This document shows, piece after piece, positions 48,801 through 63,700 of a stretch of DNA of 64,000 bases. Made by a program: the position numbers and the translations under genes. How positions within the stretch are numbered: position 1 is the first letter of the stretch; every line of letters starts with the position of its first letter. Below the pieces are notes generated by a model. The model did not search any database. It saw only the letters and a program-made list of their open reading frames with translations, and was not told where the DNA came from. This stretch comes from the human T2T-CHM13v2.0 reference genome, Homo sapiens, in NCBI RefSeq assembly GCF_009914755.1, contig NC_060937.1. One strand, given 5' to 3'.

Positions 48801-51745
48801 TATCAAAGTACCCAAACTATACATTATATACTGTACATAAAATATGAAATTACATCAAATATATATTTTATTAGGTATGTAAAATATGAAAGTACATCAA
48901 ATATAGATTATATACTGTACATAAAATACCAAAGTACCCCAAATATATATTTTATACTGTACATGAAATATCAAAGTTCTCAAACTATATATTATATACT
49001 GCACATAAAATTTCAAAGTACCCAAGGTATATATTCCATACTGTACAAAAAATATCAAAGTACCCAAAGCATATATTATATGCTGTACATAAAATATGAA
49101 AGTACATCAAATACATATTTCATTCTGTACATAAAATATCAAAGTACACCAAATATATATTCTATACTGTACATAAAATAACAAGGTACCCAAACTATAC
49201 ATTATATACTGTACATAAAATATGAAATTACATCAAATATATATTATATTAGGTACATAAAATATGAAAGTACATCAAATATAGATTATATACTGTACAT
49301 AAAATATCAAAGTACCCAAATATATACCATATACTGTACATGAAATATCAAAGTTCACAAACTATATATTATATACTGTACATAAAATATCAAAGTACCC
49401 AAACTATACATTACATACTGTACATAAAATATGAAATTACATCAAATATATATTTTATTAGGTATGTAAAATATGAAAGTACATCAAATATAGATTATAT
49501 ACTGTACATAAAATACCAAAGTACCCCAAATATATATTTTATACTGTACATGAAATATCAAAGTTCTCAAACTATATATTATATAGTGCACATGAAATAT
49601 CAGAGCACCCAAGGTATATATTCCATACTGTACAAAAATTATCAAAGTACCCAAAGCATATATTATATGCTGTACATAAAATATGAAAGTACATCAAATA
49701 TATATTTTATTCTGTACATAAAATATCAAAGTACACCAAATATATATTCTATACTGTACATAAAATATCCAGGTACCCAAACTATACATTATATACTGTA
49801 CATAAGATATGAAATTACATCAAATATATATTATATTAGGTACATAAAATATGAAAGTACATCAAATATAGATTATATACTGTACATAAAATATCAAAGT
49901 ACCCAAACTATACATTATATACTGTACATAAAATCTGAAATTACATCAAATATATATTATATTAGGTATGTAAAATATGAAAGTACATCAAATATAGATT
50001 ATATACTGTACATAAAATACCAAAGTACCCCAAATATATATTTTATACTGTACATGAAATATCAAAGTTCTCAAACTATATATTATATACTGCACATAAA
50101 ATATCAAAGTACCCAAGGTATATATTCCATACTGTACAAAAAATATCAAAGTACCCAAAGCATATATTATATGCTGTACATAAAATATGAAAGTACATCA
50201 AATATATATTTTATTCTGTACAAAAAATATCAAAGTACACCAAATATATATTCTATACTGTACATAAAATATCAACGTACCCAAACTATACATTTTATAC
50301 TGTACATAAAATATGAAATTATATCAAATATATATTATATTAGGTACATAAAATATGAAAGTACATCAAATATAGATTATACACTGTACATAAAATATCA
50401 AAGTACCCAAATATATATCATATACTGTACATGAAATATCAAAGTTCACAAACTATATATTTTATACTGTACATAAAATATCAAAGTACCCAAACTATAC
50501 ATTATATACTGAACATAAAAGATGAAATTACATAAAATATATATTATATTAGGTATGTAAAATATGAGAGTACATCAAATATAGATTATATACTGTACAT
50601 AAAATACCAAAGTACCCCAAATATATATTTTATACTGTACATGAAATATCAAAGTTCTCAAACTATATATTATATACTGCACATAAAATATCAAAGTACC
50701 CAAGGTATATATTCCATACTGTACAAAAAATATCAAAGTACCCAAAGCATATATTATATGCTGTACATAAAATATGAAAGTACATCAAATATATATTTTA
50801 TTCTGTACATAAAATATCAAAGTACACCAAATATATATTCTATACTGTACATAAAATATCAACGTACCCAAACTATACATTATATACTGTACATAAAATA
50901 TGAAATTACATCAAATATATATTATATTAGGTACATAAAATATGAAAGTACATCAAATATAGATTATATACTGTACATAAAATATCAAAGTACCCAAATA
51001 TATATCATATACTGTACATGAAATATCAAAGTTCACAAACTATATATTATATACTGTACATAAAATATCAAAGTACCCAAACTATACATTATATACTGTA
51101 AATAAAATATGAAATTACATCAAATATATATTTTATTAGGTATGTAAAATATGAAAGTACATCAAATATAGATTATAGACTGTACATAAAATACCAAAGT
51201 ACCCCAAATATATATTTTATACTGTACATGAAATATCAAAGTTCTCAAACTATATATTATATACTGCACATAAAATATCAAAGTACCCAAGGTATATATT
51301 CCATACTGTACAAAAAATATCAAAGTACCCAAAGCATATATTATATGCTGTACATAAAATATGAAAGTACATCAAATATATACTTTATTCTGTTCATAAA
51401 ATATCAAAGTACACCAAATATGTATTCTATACTGTACATAAAATATCAAGGTACCCAAACTATACATTATATACTGTACATAAAATATGAAATTACATCA
51501 AATATATATTATATTAGGTACATAAAATATGAAAGTACATCAAATATAGATTCTATACTGTACATAAAATTTCAAAGTACCCAAATATATATCATATACT
51601 GTACATGAAATATGAAAGTTCACAAACTATATATTATATACTGTACATAAAATATCAAAGTACCCAAACTATACATTATATACTGTACATAAAATATGAA
51701 ATTACATCAAATATATATTATATTAGGTATGTAAAATATGAAAGT
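39830..51745 (+). repeat. Variant HOR domain: 587-bp 14-mer (A-F-G'-H-I-A'-B'-C'-D-E'-F'-G-H-I[41 bp]) with interspersed 755-bp 18-mers
   Basis: Unit starts are at 40031, 40618, 41373, 42128, 42715, 43470, 44057, 44644, 45231, 45818, 46405, 46992, 47579, 48166, 48753, 49340, 50431, 51018 and 51605. The spacings are 587, 755, 755, 587, 755, then ten of 587, then 1091, 587, 587. 587=14x42-1 and 755=18x42-1. Confidence 0.93.
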
Positions 51746-54700
51746 ACATCAAATATAAATTATATACTGTACATAAAATACCAAAGTACCCCAAATATAT
51801 AGTATATGCTGTACATGCAATATCAAAGTTCACAAACTATATATTATATATTGTACATAAAATATCAAAGTACCCAAGGTATATATTCTATACTGTACAA
51901 AAAATATCAAAGTACCCAAAACATGTATTATGTACTGTACATAAAATATGAAAGTACATCAAATATATATTTTATTCTGTACATAAAATATCAAAGTACA
52001 CCAAATATATATTCTATAGTGTACATAAAATATCAAAGTACCCAAACTATACATTATAAACTGTACATAAAATATGAAATTACATCAAATATATATTATA
52101 TTAGGTACATAAAATATGAAAGTACATCAAATATAAATTATATACTGTACATAAAATACCAAAGTACCCCAAATATATATTATATACTGTACATGAAATA
52201 TCAAAGTTCACAAACTATATATTATATACTGTACATAAAATATCAAAGTACCCAAGGTATATATTCTATACTGTACAAAAAATATCAAAGTACTCAAAGC
52301 AAGTATTATATATTGTACATAAAATATGAAGGTACATCAAATATATATTTTATTCTGTACATAAAATATCAAAGTACACTAAATATATATTCTATAGTGT
52401 ACATAAAATATCAAAATACCCAAACTATACATTATATACTGTACATAAAATATGAAATTACATCAAATATATATTATATTAGGTACATAAAATATGAAAG
52501 TACATCAAATATAAATTATATACTGTACATAAAATACCAAAGTACCCCAAATACATATAATATACTGTACATGAAATATCAAAGTTCACAAACTATATAT
52601 AATATACTGTACATAAAATATCAAAGTACCCAAGGTATATATTCTATACTGTATAAAAAATATCAAAGTACCCAAAGCAAGTATTATATACTGTACATAA
52701 AATATGAAAGTACATCAAATATATATTTTATTCTGTACATAAAATATCAAAGTACACCAGATATATATTCTATAGTGTACATAAAATATCAAAGTACCCA
52801 AACTATACATTATATACTGTACATAAAATATGAAATTACATCAAATATATATTATATTAGGTACATAAAATATGAAAGTACATCAAATATAAATTATATA
52901 CTGTACATAAAATACCAAAGTACCCTAAATATATAGTATATGCTGTACATGCAATATCAAAGTTCACAAACTATATATTATATACTGTACATAAAATATC
53001 AAAGTACCCAAGGTATATATTCCATACTCTACAAAAAATATCAAAGTACCCAAAGCATGTATTATATACTGTTCATAAAATATGAAAGTACATCAAATAT
53101 ATATTTTATTCTGTACATAAAATATCAAAGTACACTAAATATATATTCTATAGTGTACATAAAATATCAAAGTACCCAAACTATACATTATATACTGTAC
53201 ATAAAATATGAAATTACATCAAATAATATTATATTAGGTACATAAAATATGAAAGTACATCAAATATAAATTATATACTGTACATAAAATATCAAAGTAC
53301 CTCAAATATATATTATATACTGAACATGAAATATCAAAGTTCACAAACTATATATTATATACTGTACATAAAATATCAAAATACCCCAGGTATATATTCT
53401 ATACTGTACAAAAAATATAAAAGTACCCAAAACATGTATTATATACTGTACATAAAATATGAAAGTACATCAAATATATATTTTATCCTGTACATAAAAT
53501 ATCAAAGTACACCAAATATATATTCTATAGTGTACATAAAATATCAAATTACCCAAACTATACATTATATACTGTACATAAAATATGAAATTACATCAAA
53601 TATATATTATATTAGGTACATAAAATATGAAAGTACATCAAATATAAATTATATACTGTACATAAAATATCAAAGTACCTCAAATATATATTATATACTG
53701 TACATGAAATATCAAAGTTCACAAACTATATATTATATACTGTACATAAAATATCAAAGTACCCAAGGTATATATTCTATACTGTACAAAAAATATAAAA
53801 GCACCCAAAACATGTATTATATACTGTACATAAAATATGAAAGTACATCATATATATATTTTATTCTGTAAATAAAATATCAAAGTACACCAAATATATA
53901 TTCTATAGTGTACATAAAATATCAAAGTACCCAAACTATACATTATATACTGTACATAAAATATGAAATTACATCAAATATATATTATATTAGGTACATA
54001 AAATATGAAAGTACATCAAATATAGATTATATACTGTACATAAAATATCAAAGTACCCCAAATAAATATTTTATACTGTACATGCAATATCAAAGTTCAC
54101 AAACTATATATTATATACTGTACATAAAATATCAAAGTACCGAAGGTATATATTCTATACTGTACAAAAAATATCAAAGTACCCAAAGCATGTATTATAT
54201 ACTGTACATAAAATATGAAAGTACATCAAATATATATTTTATTCTGTACATAAAATATCAAAGTACACCAAATATATATTCTATAGTGTACATAAGATAT
54301 AAAAGTACCCAAACTATATATTATATACTGTACATAAAATATGAAATTACATCAAAAATATATTATATTAGGTACATAAAATATGAAAGTACATCAAATA
54401 TAAATTATATACAGTACATAAAAAATCAAAGTACCCCAAATATATATTATATACTGTACATGAAATATCAAAGTCCACAAACTATATATTATATATTGTA
54501 CATAAAATATCAAAGTACCCAAGGTATATATTCTATACTGTACAAAAAATATCAAAGTACCCAAAGCATGTATTATATAGTGTATATAAAATATGAAAGT
54601 ACATCAAATATATATTTAATTTTGTACATAAAATATCAAAGTACACCAAATATATATTCTATACTGTACATAAAATATCAAAGTACCCAAACTATACATT

Positions 54701-57700
54701 ATATACTGTACATAAAATATGAAATTACATCAAATATATATTATATTAGGTACATAAAATATGAAAGTACATCAAATACATATTATATACTGTACATAAA
54801 ATACCAAATTACCCCAAATACATATTATATACTGTACATGAAATATCAAAGTTCACAAACTATATATTATACACTGTACATAAAATATCAAAGTACCCAA
54901 GGTATATATTCTATTCTGTACAAAAAATATCAAAGTACGCAAAGCATGTATTATATAGTGTACATAAAATATGAAAGTACATCAAATATATATTTTATTC
55001 TGTACGTAAAATATCAAAGTACACCAAATATATATTCTATAGTGTACATAAAATATCAAAGTACCCAAACTATACATTATATACTGTACATAAAACATGA
55101 AATTACATCCAATATATATTATATTAGGTACATAAAATATGAAAGTACATCAAATATAAATTATATACTGTACATAATATACCAAAGTACCCCAAATATA
55201 TATTATATACAGTACATGAAATATCAAAGTTCACAAACTATATATTATATACTGTACATAAAATATCAAAGTACACAAGGTATATATTCCATACTGTACA
55301 AAAAATATCAAAGTACCCAAAGCATGTATTATATACTGTTCAAAAAATATGAAATTACATCAAATATATATTTTATTCTGTACATAAAATACCAAAGTAC
55401 AACAAATATATATTCTATAGTGTACATAAAATATCAAATTACCCAAACTATACATTATATACTGTACATAAAATATGAAATTACATCAAAAATATATTAT
55501 ATTAGGTACATAAAATATGAAAGTACATCAAATATAAATTATATACAGTACATAAAATATCAAAGTACCCCAAATATATATTATATACTGTACATGAAAT
55601 ATCAAAGTCCACAAACTATATATTATATACTGTACATAAAATATCAAAGTACCCAAGGTATATATTCTATACTGTACAAAAAATATCAAAGTACCCAAAG
55701 CATGTATTATATACTGTTAATAAAATATGAAAGTACATCAAATATATATTTTATTCTGTACATAAAATATCAAAGTACACCAATTATATATTCTATAGTG
55801 TACATAAAATATCAAATTACCGAAACTATGCATTATATACTGTACATAAACTATGAAATTACATCAAATATATATTATATTAGGTACATAAAATATGAAA
55901 GTACATCAAATATAGATTGTATACTGTGCATAGAATACTAAAGTACCCCAAATACATATTGCATACTGTACATGAAATATCAAAGTTCACAAACTATATT
56001 TTATATACTGTACATAAAATATCAAAGTACCCAAGGTATATATTCTATACTGTACAAAAAATATCAAAGTACCCAAAGCAAGTATTATATACTGTACATA
56101 AAATATGAAAGTACATCAAATGTGTATTTTATTCTGTACATATATCAAAGTACACCAAATATATATTCTATAGTGTACATAAAATATCAAAGTACCCAAA
56201 CTATACATTATATACTGTACATAAAATATGAAATTACATCAAATATATACTATATTATGTACAAAAAATATGAAAGTACATCAAATATAGATTATATACT
56301 GTACATAAAATACCAAAGTACCCCAAATAAATATTTTATACTGTACATGCAATATCAAAGTTCACAAACTATATATTATATACTGTACATAAAATATCAA
56401 AGTACCGAAGGTATATATTCTATACTGTACAAAAAATATCAAAGTACCCAAAGCATGTATTATATACTGTACATAAAATATGAAAGTACATCAAATATAT
56501 ATTTTATTCTGTACATAAAATATCAAAGTACACCAAATATATATTCTATAGTGTACATAAAATATCAAAGTACCCAAACCATACATTATATACTGTACAT
56601 AAAATATGAAATTACATCAAATATATATAATATTAGGTACATAAAATATGAAAGTACATCAAATATAGATTATGTAGTGTACATAAAATACCAAAGTACC
56701 CCAAATATATATTATATACTGTACATGAAATATCAAAGTTCACAAACTATATATTATATACTGTACATAAAATATCAAGGTACCCAAGTTATATATTCTA
56801 TACTCTACAAAAAATATCAAAGTACCCAAAGCATGTATTATATACTGTACATAAAATATGAAAGTACATCAAATATATATTTAATTCTGTACATAAAATA
56901 TCAAAGTACACCAAATATATATTCTATAGTGTACATAAAATATCAAAGTACCCAAACTATACATTATATACTGTACATAAAATATGAAATTACGTCAAAT
57001 ATATATTATATTATGTACATAAAATATGAAAGTACATCAAATATAGATTATATACTGTACATAAAATACCAAAGAACCGCAAAAATATATTATATACTGT
57101 ACATGAAATATCAAAGTTCACAAACTATATATTATATACTGTACATAAAATATCAAAGTACCCAAGGTATATATTCTATACTGTACAAAAAATATCAAAG
57201 TACGCAAACCATGTATTATATAGTGTACATAAAATATGAAAGTACATCAAATATATATTTTATTCTGTACATAAAATATCAAAGTACACCAAATATATAT
57301 TCTATAGTGTACATAAAATATCAAAGTACCCAAACTATACAGTATATACTGTACATAAAATATGAAATTACATCAAATATATATTATATTAGGTACATAA
57401 AATATGAAAGTACATCAATATAAATTATATACTGTTCATAAAATACCAAAGTACCCCAAATATATATTATATACTGTACATGCAATATCAAAGTTCACAA
57501 ACTATATATTATATACTGTACATAAAATATCAAAGTACCGAAGTTATATATTCTATACTGTACAAAAAATATCAAAGTACCCAAAGCATGTATTATATAC
57601 TGTTCATAAAATATGAAAGTACATCAAATATATATTTTATTCTGTACATAAAATATCAAAGTACACCAAATATATATTCTATAGTGTACATAAAATATCA

Positions 57701-60700
57701 AAGTACCCAAACTATACATTATATACTGTACATAAAATATGAAATTACATCAAATATATATTATATTAGGTACATAAAATATGAAAGTACATCAAATATA
57801 AATTATATACTGTACATAAAATACCAAAGTACCCCAAATATATATTATATACTGTACATGAAATATCAAAGTTCACAAACTATATATTATATACTGTACA
57901 TAAAATATCAAAGTACCCAAGGTATATATTCTATACTCTACAAAAAATATCAAAGTACCCAAAGCATGTATTATATACTGTACATAAAATATGAAAGTAC
58001 ATCAAATATATATTTAATTCTGTACATAAAATAACAAAGTACACCAAATATATATTCTATAGTGTACATAAAATATCAAAGTAGCCAAACTATACATTAT
58101 ATACTGTACATAAAATATGAAATTACATCAAATATATATTATATTAGGTACATAAAATATGAAAGCACATCAAATATAAATTATATACTGTACATAAAAT
58201 ACCAAAGTACCCCAAATATATATTATATACTGTCCATGAAATATCAAATTTCACAAACTATATATTATATACTGTACATAAAATATCAAAGTACCCAAGG
58301 TATATATTCTATACTGTACAAAAAATATCAAAGTACCCAAAGTATGTATTATATACTGTACATAAAATATGAAAGTACATGAAATATATATTTTATTCTG
58401 TACATAAAATATCAAATTACACCAAATATATATTTTATAGTGTACATAAAATATCAAAGTACCCAAACTATACATTATATACTGTACATAAAATATGAAA
58501 TTACATCAAATATATATTATATTAGGTACATAAAATATGAAAGTACATGAAATATATATTATATACTGTACATAAAATACCAAAGTACCCCAAATACATA
58601 TTATATACTGTACATGAAATATCAAAGTTCACAAACTATATATTATATACTATACATAAAATAACAAAGTACCGAAGGTATATATTCTATACTGTACAAA
58701 AAATATCAAAGTACCCAAAGCATGTATTATATACTGTACATAAAATATGAAAGTATATGAAATATATATTTTATTCTGTACATAAAATATCAAATTACAC
58801 AAAATATATATTCTATAGTGTACATAAAATATCAAAGTACCCAAACTATACATTATATACTGTACAAAAAATATGAAATTACATCAAATATATATTATAT
58901 TAGGTACATAAAATATGAAAGTACATCAAATATAGATTATATACTGTACATAAAATACGAAAGAACCCCAAATATATATTATATACTGTACATGAAATAT
59001 CAAAGTTCACAAACTATATATTATATACTGTACATAAAATATAAAAGTGCCCAAGGTATATATTCTATACTGTACAAAAAATATCAAAGTACCCAAAACA
59101 TGTACTATATACTGTACATAAAATATGAAAGTACATCAAATATATATTTTATTCTGTACATAAAATATCAAAGTACACCAAATATATATTCTATAGTGTA
59201 CATAAAATATCAAAATACCCAAACTATACATTATATACTGTACATAAAATATGAAATTACATCAAATATATATTATATTAGGTACCTAAAATATGAAAGT
59301 ACATCAAATATAAATTATATACTGTACATAAAATAACAAAGAAACCCAAATATATATTATATACTGTACATGAAATATCAAAGTTCACAAACTATATATT
59401 ATATACTGTACATAAAATATCAAAGTACCCAAGGTATATATTCCATACTCTACAAAAAATATCAAAGTACCCAAAGCATGTATTATATACTGTTCATAAA
59501 ATATGAAAGTACATCAAATATATATTTTATTCTGTACATAAAATATCAAAGTACACTAAATATATATTCTATAGTGTACATAAAATATCAAAGTACCCAA
59601 TCTATACATTATATACTGTACATAAAATATGAAATTACATCAAATATATATTATATTAGGTACATAAAATATGAAAGTACATCAAATATAAATTATATAC
59701 TGTACATAAAATATCAAAGTACCTCAAATATATATTATATACTGAACATGAAATATCAAAGTTCACAAACTATATATTATATACTGTACATAAAATATCA
59801 AAATACCCCAGGTATATATTCTATACTGTACAAAAAATATAAAAGTACCCAAAACATGTATTATATACTGTACATAAAATATGAAAGTACATCAAATATA
59901 TATTTTATCCTGTACATAAAATATCAAAGTACACCAAATATATATTCTATAGTGTACATAAAATATCAAATTACCCAAACTATACATTATATACTGTACA
60001 TAAAATATGAAATTACATCAAATATATATTATATTAGGTACATAAAATATGAAAGTACATCAAATATAAATTATATACTGTACATAAAATATCAAAGTAC
60101 CTCAAATATATATTATATACTGTACATGAAATATCAAAGTTCACAAACTATATATTATATACTGTACATAAAATATCAAAGTACCCAAGGTATATATTCT
60201 ATACTGTACAAAAAATATAAAAGCACCCAAAACATGTATTATATACTGTACATAAAATATGAAAGTACATCATATATATATTTTATTCTGTAAATAAAAT
60301 ATCAAAGTACACCAAATATATATTCTATAGTGTACATAAAATATCAAAGTACCCAAACTATACATTATATACTGTACATAAAATATGAAATTACATCAAA
60401 TATATATTATATTAGGTACATAAAATATGAAAGTACATCAAATATAGATTATATACTGTACATAAAATATCAAAGTACCCCAAATAAATATTTTATACTG
60501 TACATGCAATATCAAAGTTCACAAACTATATATTATATACTGTACATAAAATATCAAAGTACCGAAGGTATATATTCTATACTGTACAAAAAATATCAAA
60601 GTACCCAAAGCATGTATTATATACTGTACATAAAATATGAAAGTACATCAAATATATATTTTATTCTGTACATAAAATATCAAAGTACACCAAATATATA

Positions 60701-63700
60701 TTCTATAGTGTACATAAGATATAAAAGTACCCAAACTATATATTATATACTGTACATAAAATATGAAATTACATCAAAAATATATTATATTAGGTACATA
60801 AAATATGAAAGTACATCAAATATAAATTATATACAGTACATAAAAAATCAAAGTACCCCAAATATATATTATATACTGTACATGAAATATAAAAGTCCAC
60901 AAACTATATATTATATATTGTACATAAAATATCAAAGTACCCAAGGTATATATTCTATACTGTACAAAAAATATCAAAGTACCCAAAGCATGTATTATAT
61001 AGTGTATATAAAATATGAAAGTACATCAAATATATATTTAATTTTGTACATAAAATATCAAAGTACACCAAATATATATTCTATACTGTACATAAAATAT
61101 CAAAGTACCCAAACTATACATTATATACTGTACATAAAATATGAAATTACATCAAATATATATTATATTAGGTACATAAAATATGAAAGTACATCAAATA
61201 TAGATTATATACTGTACATAAAATAACAAAGAACCCCAAATATATATTATATACTGTACATGAAATATGAAAGTTCCCAAACTATATATTATATACTGTA
61301 CATAAAATATCAAAGTACCCAATGTATATATTCTATACTGTACAAAAAATATCAAAGTACGCAAAGCATGTATTATATACTGTTAATAAAATATGAAAGT
61401 ACATCAAATATATATTTTATTCTGTACATAAAATATCAAAGTACACCAAATATATATTCTATAGTGTACATAAAATATCAAAATACCCAAACTATACATT
61501 ATATACTGTACATAAAATATGAAATTACATCAAATATATATTATATTAGGTACCTAAAATATGAAAGTACATCAAATATAAATTATATACTGTACATAAA
61601 ATAACAAAGAAACCCAAATATATATTATATACTGTACATGAAATATCAAAGTTCACAAAGTATATATTATATACTGTATATAAAATATCAAAGTACCCAA
61701 GGTATATATTCTATACTGTACAAAAAATATCAAAGTACCCAAAGCATGTATTATATACTGTTCATAAAATATGAAAGTACATCAAATATATAATTTATTC
61801 TGTACATAAAATATCAAAGTACACCAAATATATATTCTATAGTGTACATTAAATATCAAACTACCCAAACTATACATTATATACTGTACATAAAATATGA
61901 AATTACATCAAATATATATTATATTAGGTATGTAAAATATGAAACTACATCAAATATAGATTATATACTGTACATAAAATACCAAAGTACCCCAAATATA
62001 TATTTTATACTGTACATGAAATATCAAAGTTCTCAAACTATATATTATATACTGCACATAAAATATCAAAGTACCCAAGGTATATATTCCATACTGTACA
62101 AAAAATATCAAAGTACCCAAAGCATATTATATATGCTGTACATAAAATATGAAAGTACATCAAATATATATTTTATTCTGTACATAAAATATCAAAGTAC
62201 ACCAAATATATATTCTATACTGTACATAAAATATCATGGTACCCAAACAATACATTATATACTGTACATAACATATGAAATTACATCAAATATATATTAT
62301 ATTAGGTACATAAAATATGAAAGTACATCAAATATAGATTATATACTGTACATAAAATATCAAAGTACCCAAATATATATCATATACTGTACATGAAATA
62401 TCAAAGTTCACAAACTATATATTATATACTGTACATAAAATATCAAAGTACCGAAAGCATGTGTTATATTCTGTACATAAAATATGAAAGTACATCAAAT
62501 ATATATTTTATTCTGTATAAAAAATATCAAAGTACACCAAGTATATATTCTATAGTGTACATAAAATATCAAAGTACCCAAACTATACATTATATACTAT
62601 ACATAAAATTTGAAATTACATCAAATATATATTATATTAGGCACATAAAATATGAAAGTACATCAAATATAGATTATATACTGTACATAAAATACCAAAG
62701 TACCCCAAATATATATTTTACACTGTACATGAAATATCAAAGTTCACAAACTATATATTATATACTGTACATAAAATATCAAAGTACCCAATGTATATAT
62801 TCTATACTGTACAAAATATATCAAAGTACCAAAAGCATGTATTATATACGGTACTTAAAATATGAAAGAACATCAAATATATATTTTATTCTGTACATAA
62901 AATATCAAAGTACACCAAATATATATTCCATACTGTACATAAAAAATCAAAGTACCCAAACTATACATTATATACTGTACATAAAAGATGATATTACATC
63001 AAAAAAATATTATATTAGGTACATAAAATATGAAAGTACATCAAATATAGATTATATACTGTACATAAAATATCAAAGTACCCCAAATATATATTTTATA
63101 CAGTACATGAAATATCAAAGTTCACAAACTATATATTATATACTGTACATAAAATACCAAAGTACCAAAGGTATATATTCTATACTGTACAAAAAATATC
63201 AAAGTACCCAAAGCATGTATTATATACTGTTCATAAAATATGAAAGTACATCAAATATATATTTTATTCTGTACATAAAATATCAAAGTACACCAAATAT
63301 ATATTCTATAGTGTACATTAAATATCAAAGTACCCAAACTATACATTATATACTGTACATAAAATATGAAATTACATCAAATATATATTATATTAGGTAC
63401 ATAAAATATGAAAGTACATCAAATATAGATTATATACTGTAGATAAAATACCAAAGTACCCCAAATACATATTATATACTGTACAAGAAATATCAAAGTT
63501 CACAAACTATATATTATATACTGTACATAAAATATCAAAGTACCAAGAGTATATATTCTACACTGTACAAAAAATATCAAAGTACCCAAAGCATGTATTA
63601 TATAATGTACATAAAATATGAAAGTACATCAAATATATATTTTATTCTGTACATAAAATATCAAAGTACACCAAATATATATTCTATAGTGTACATAAAA

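Noticed and set aside
10237-58853. Short minus-strand ORFs (MYSLGTLIFY...) and alternative-frame + ORFs (MKYILYTVHK...)
   Set aside because: They open only where a single SNV (e.g. TCAAA>TGAAA) removes a stop or creates a start in the satellite. They are useful as duplication markers, not as genes.
61659-61678. Short palindromes/hairpins (AGTATATA-T-TATATACT; TGTACA in each monomer) as terminators or cruciform elements
   Set aside because: The stems are short, almost purely A/T, and the perfect form arises from one SNV. There is no GC-rich stem or long inverted repeat.
143-63442. Dozens of long + strand ORFs (up to 1192 aa) as protein-coding genes or a repeat-protein family
   Set aside because: They are translations of the 42-bp satellite monomer. 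ORF ends coincide with random point mutations and 1-bp indels, there is no non-repetitive domain, and the composition simply reflects AT-rich codons.
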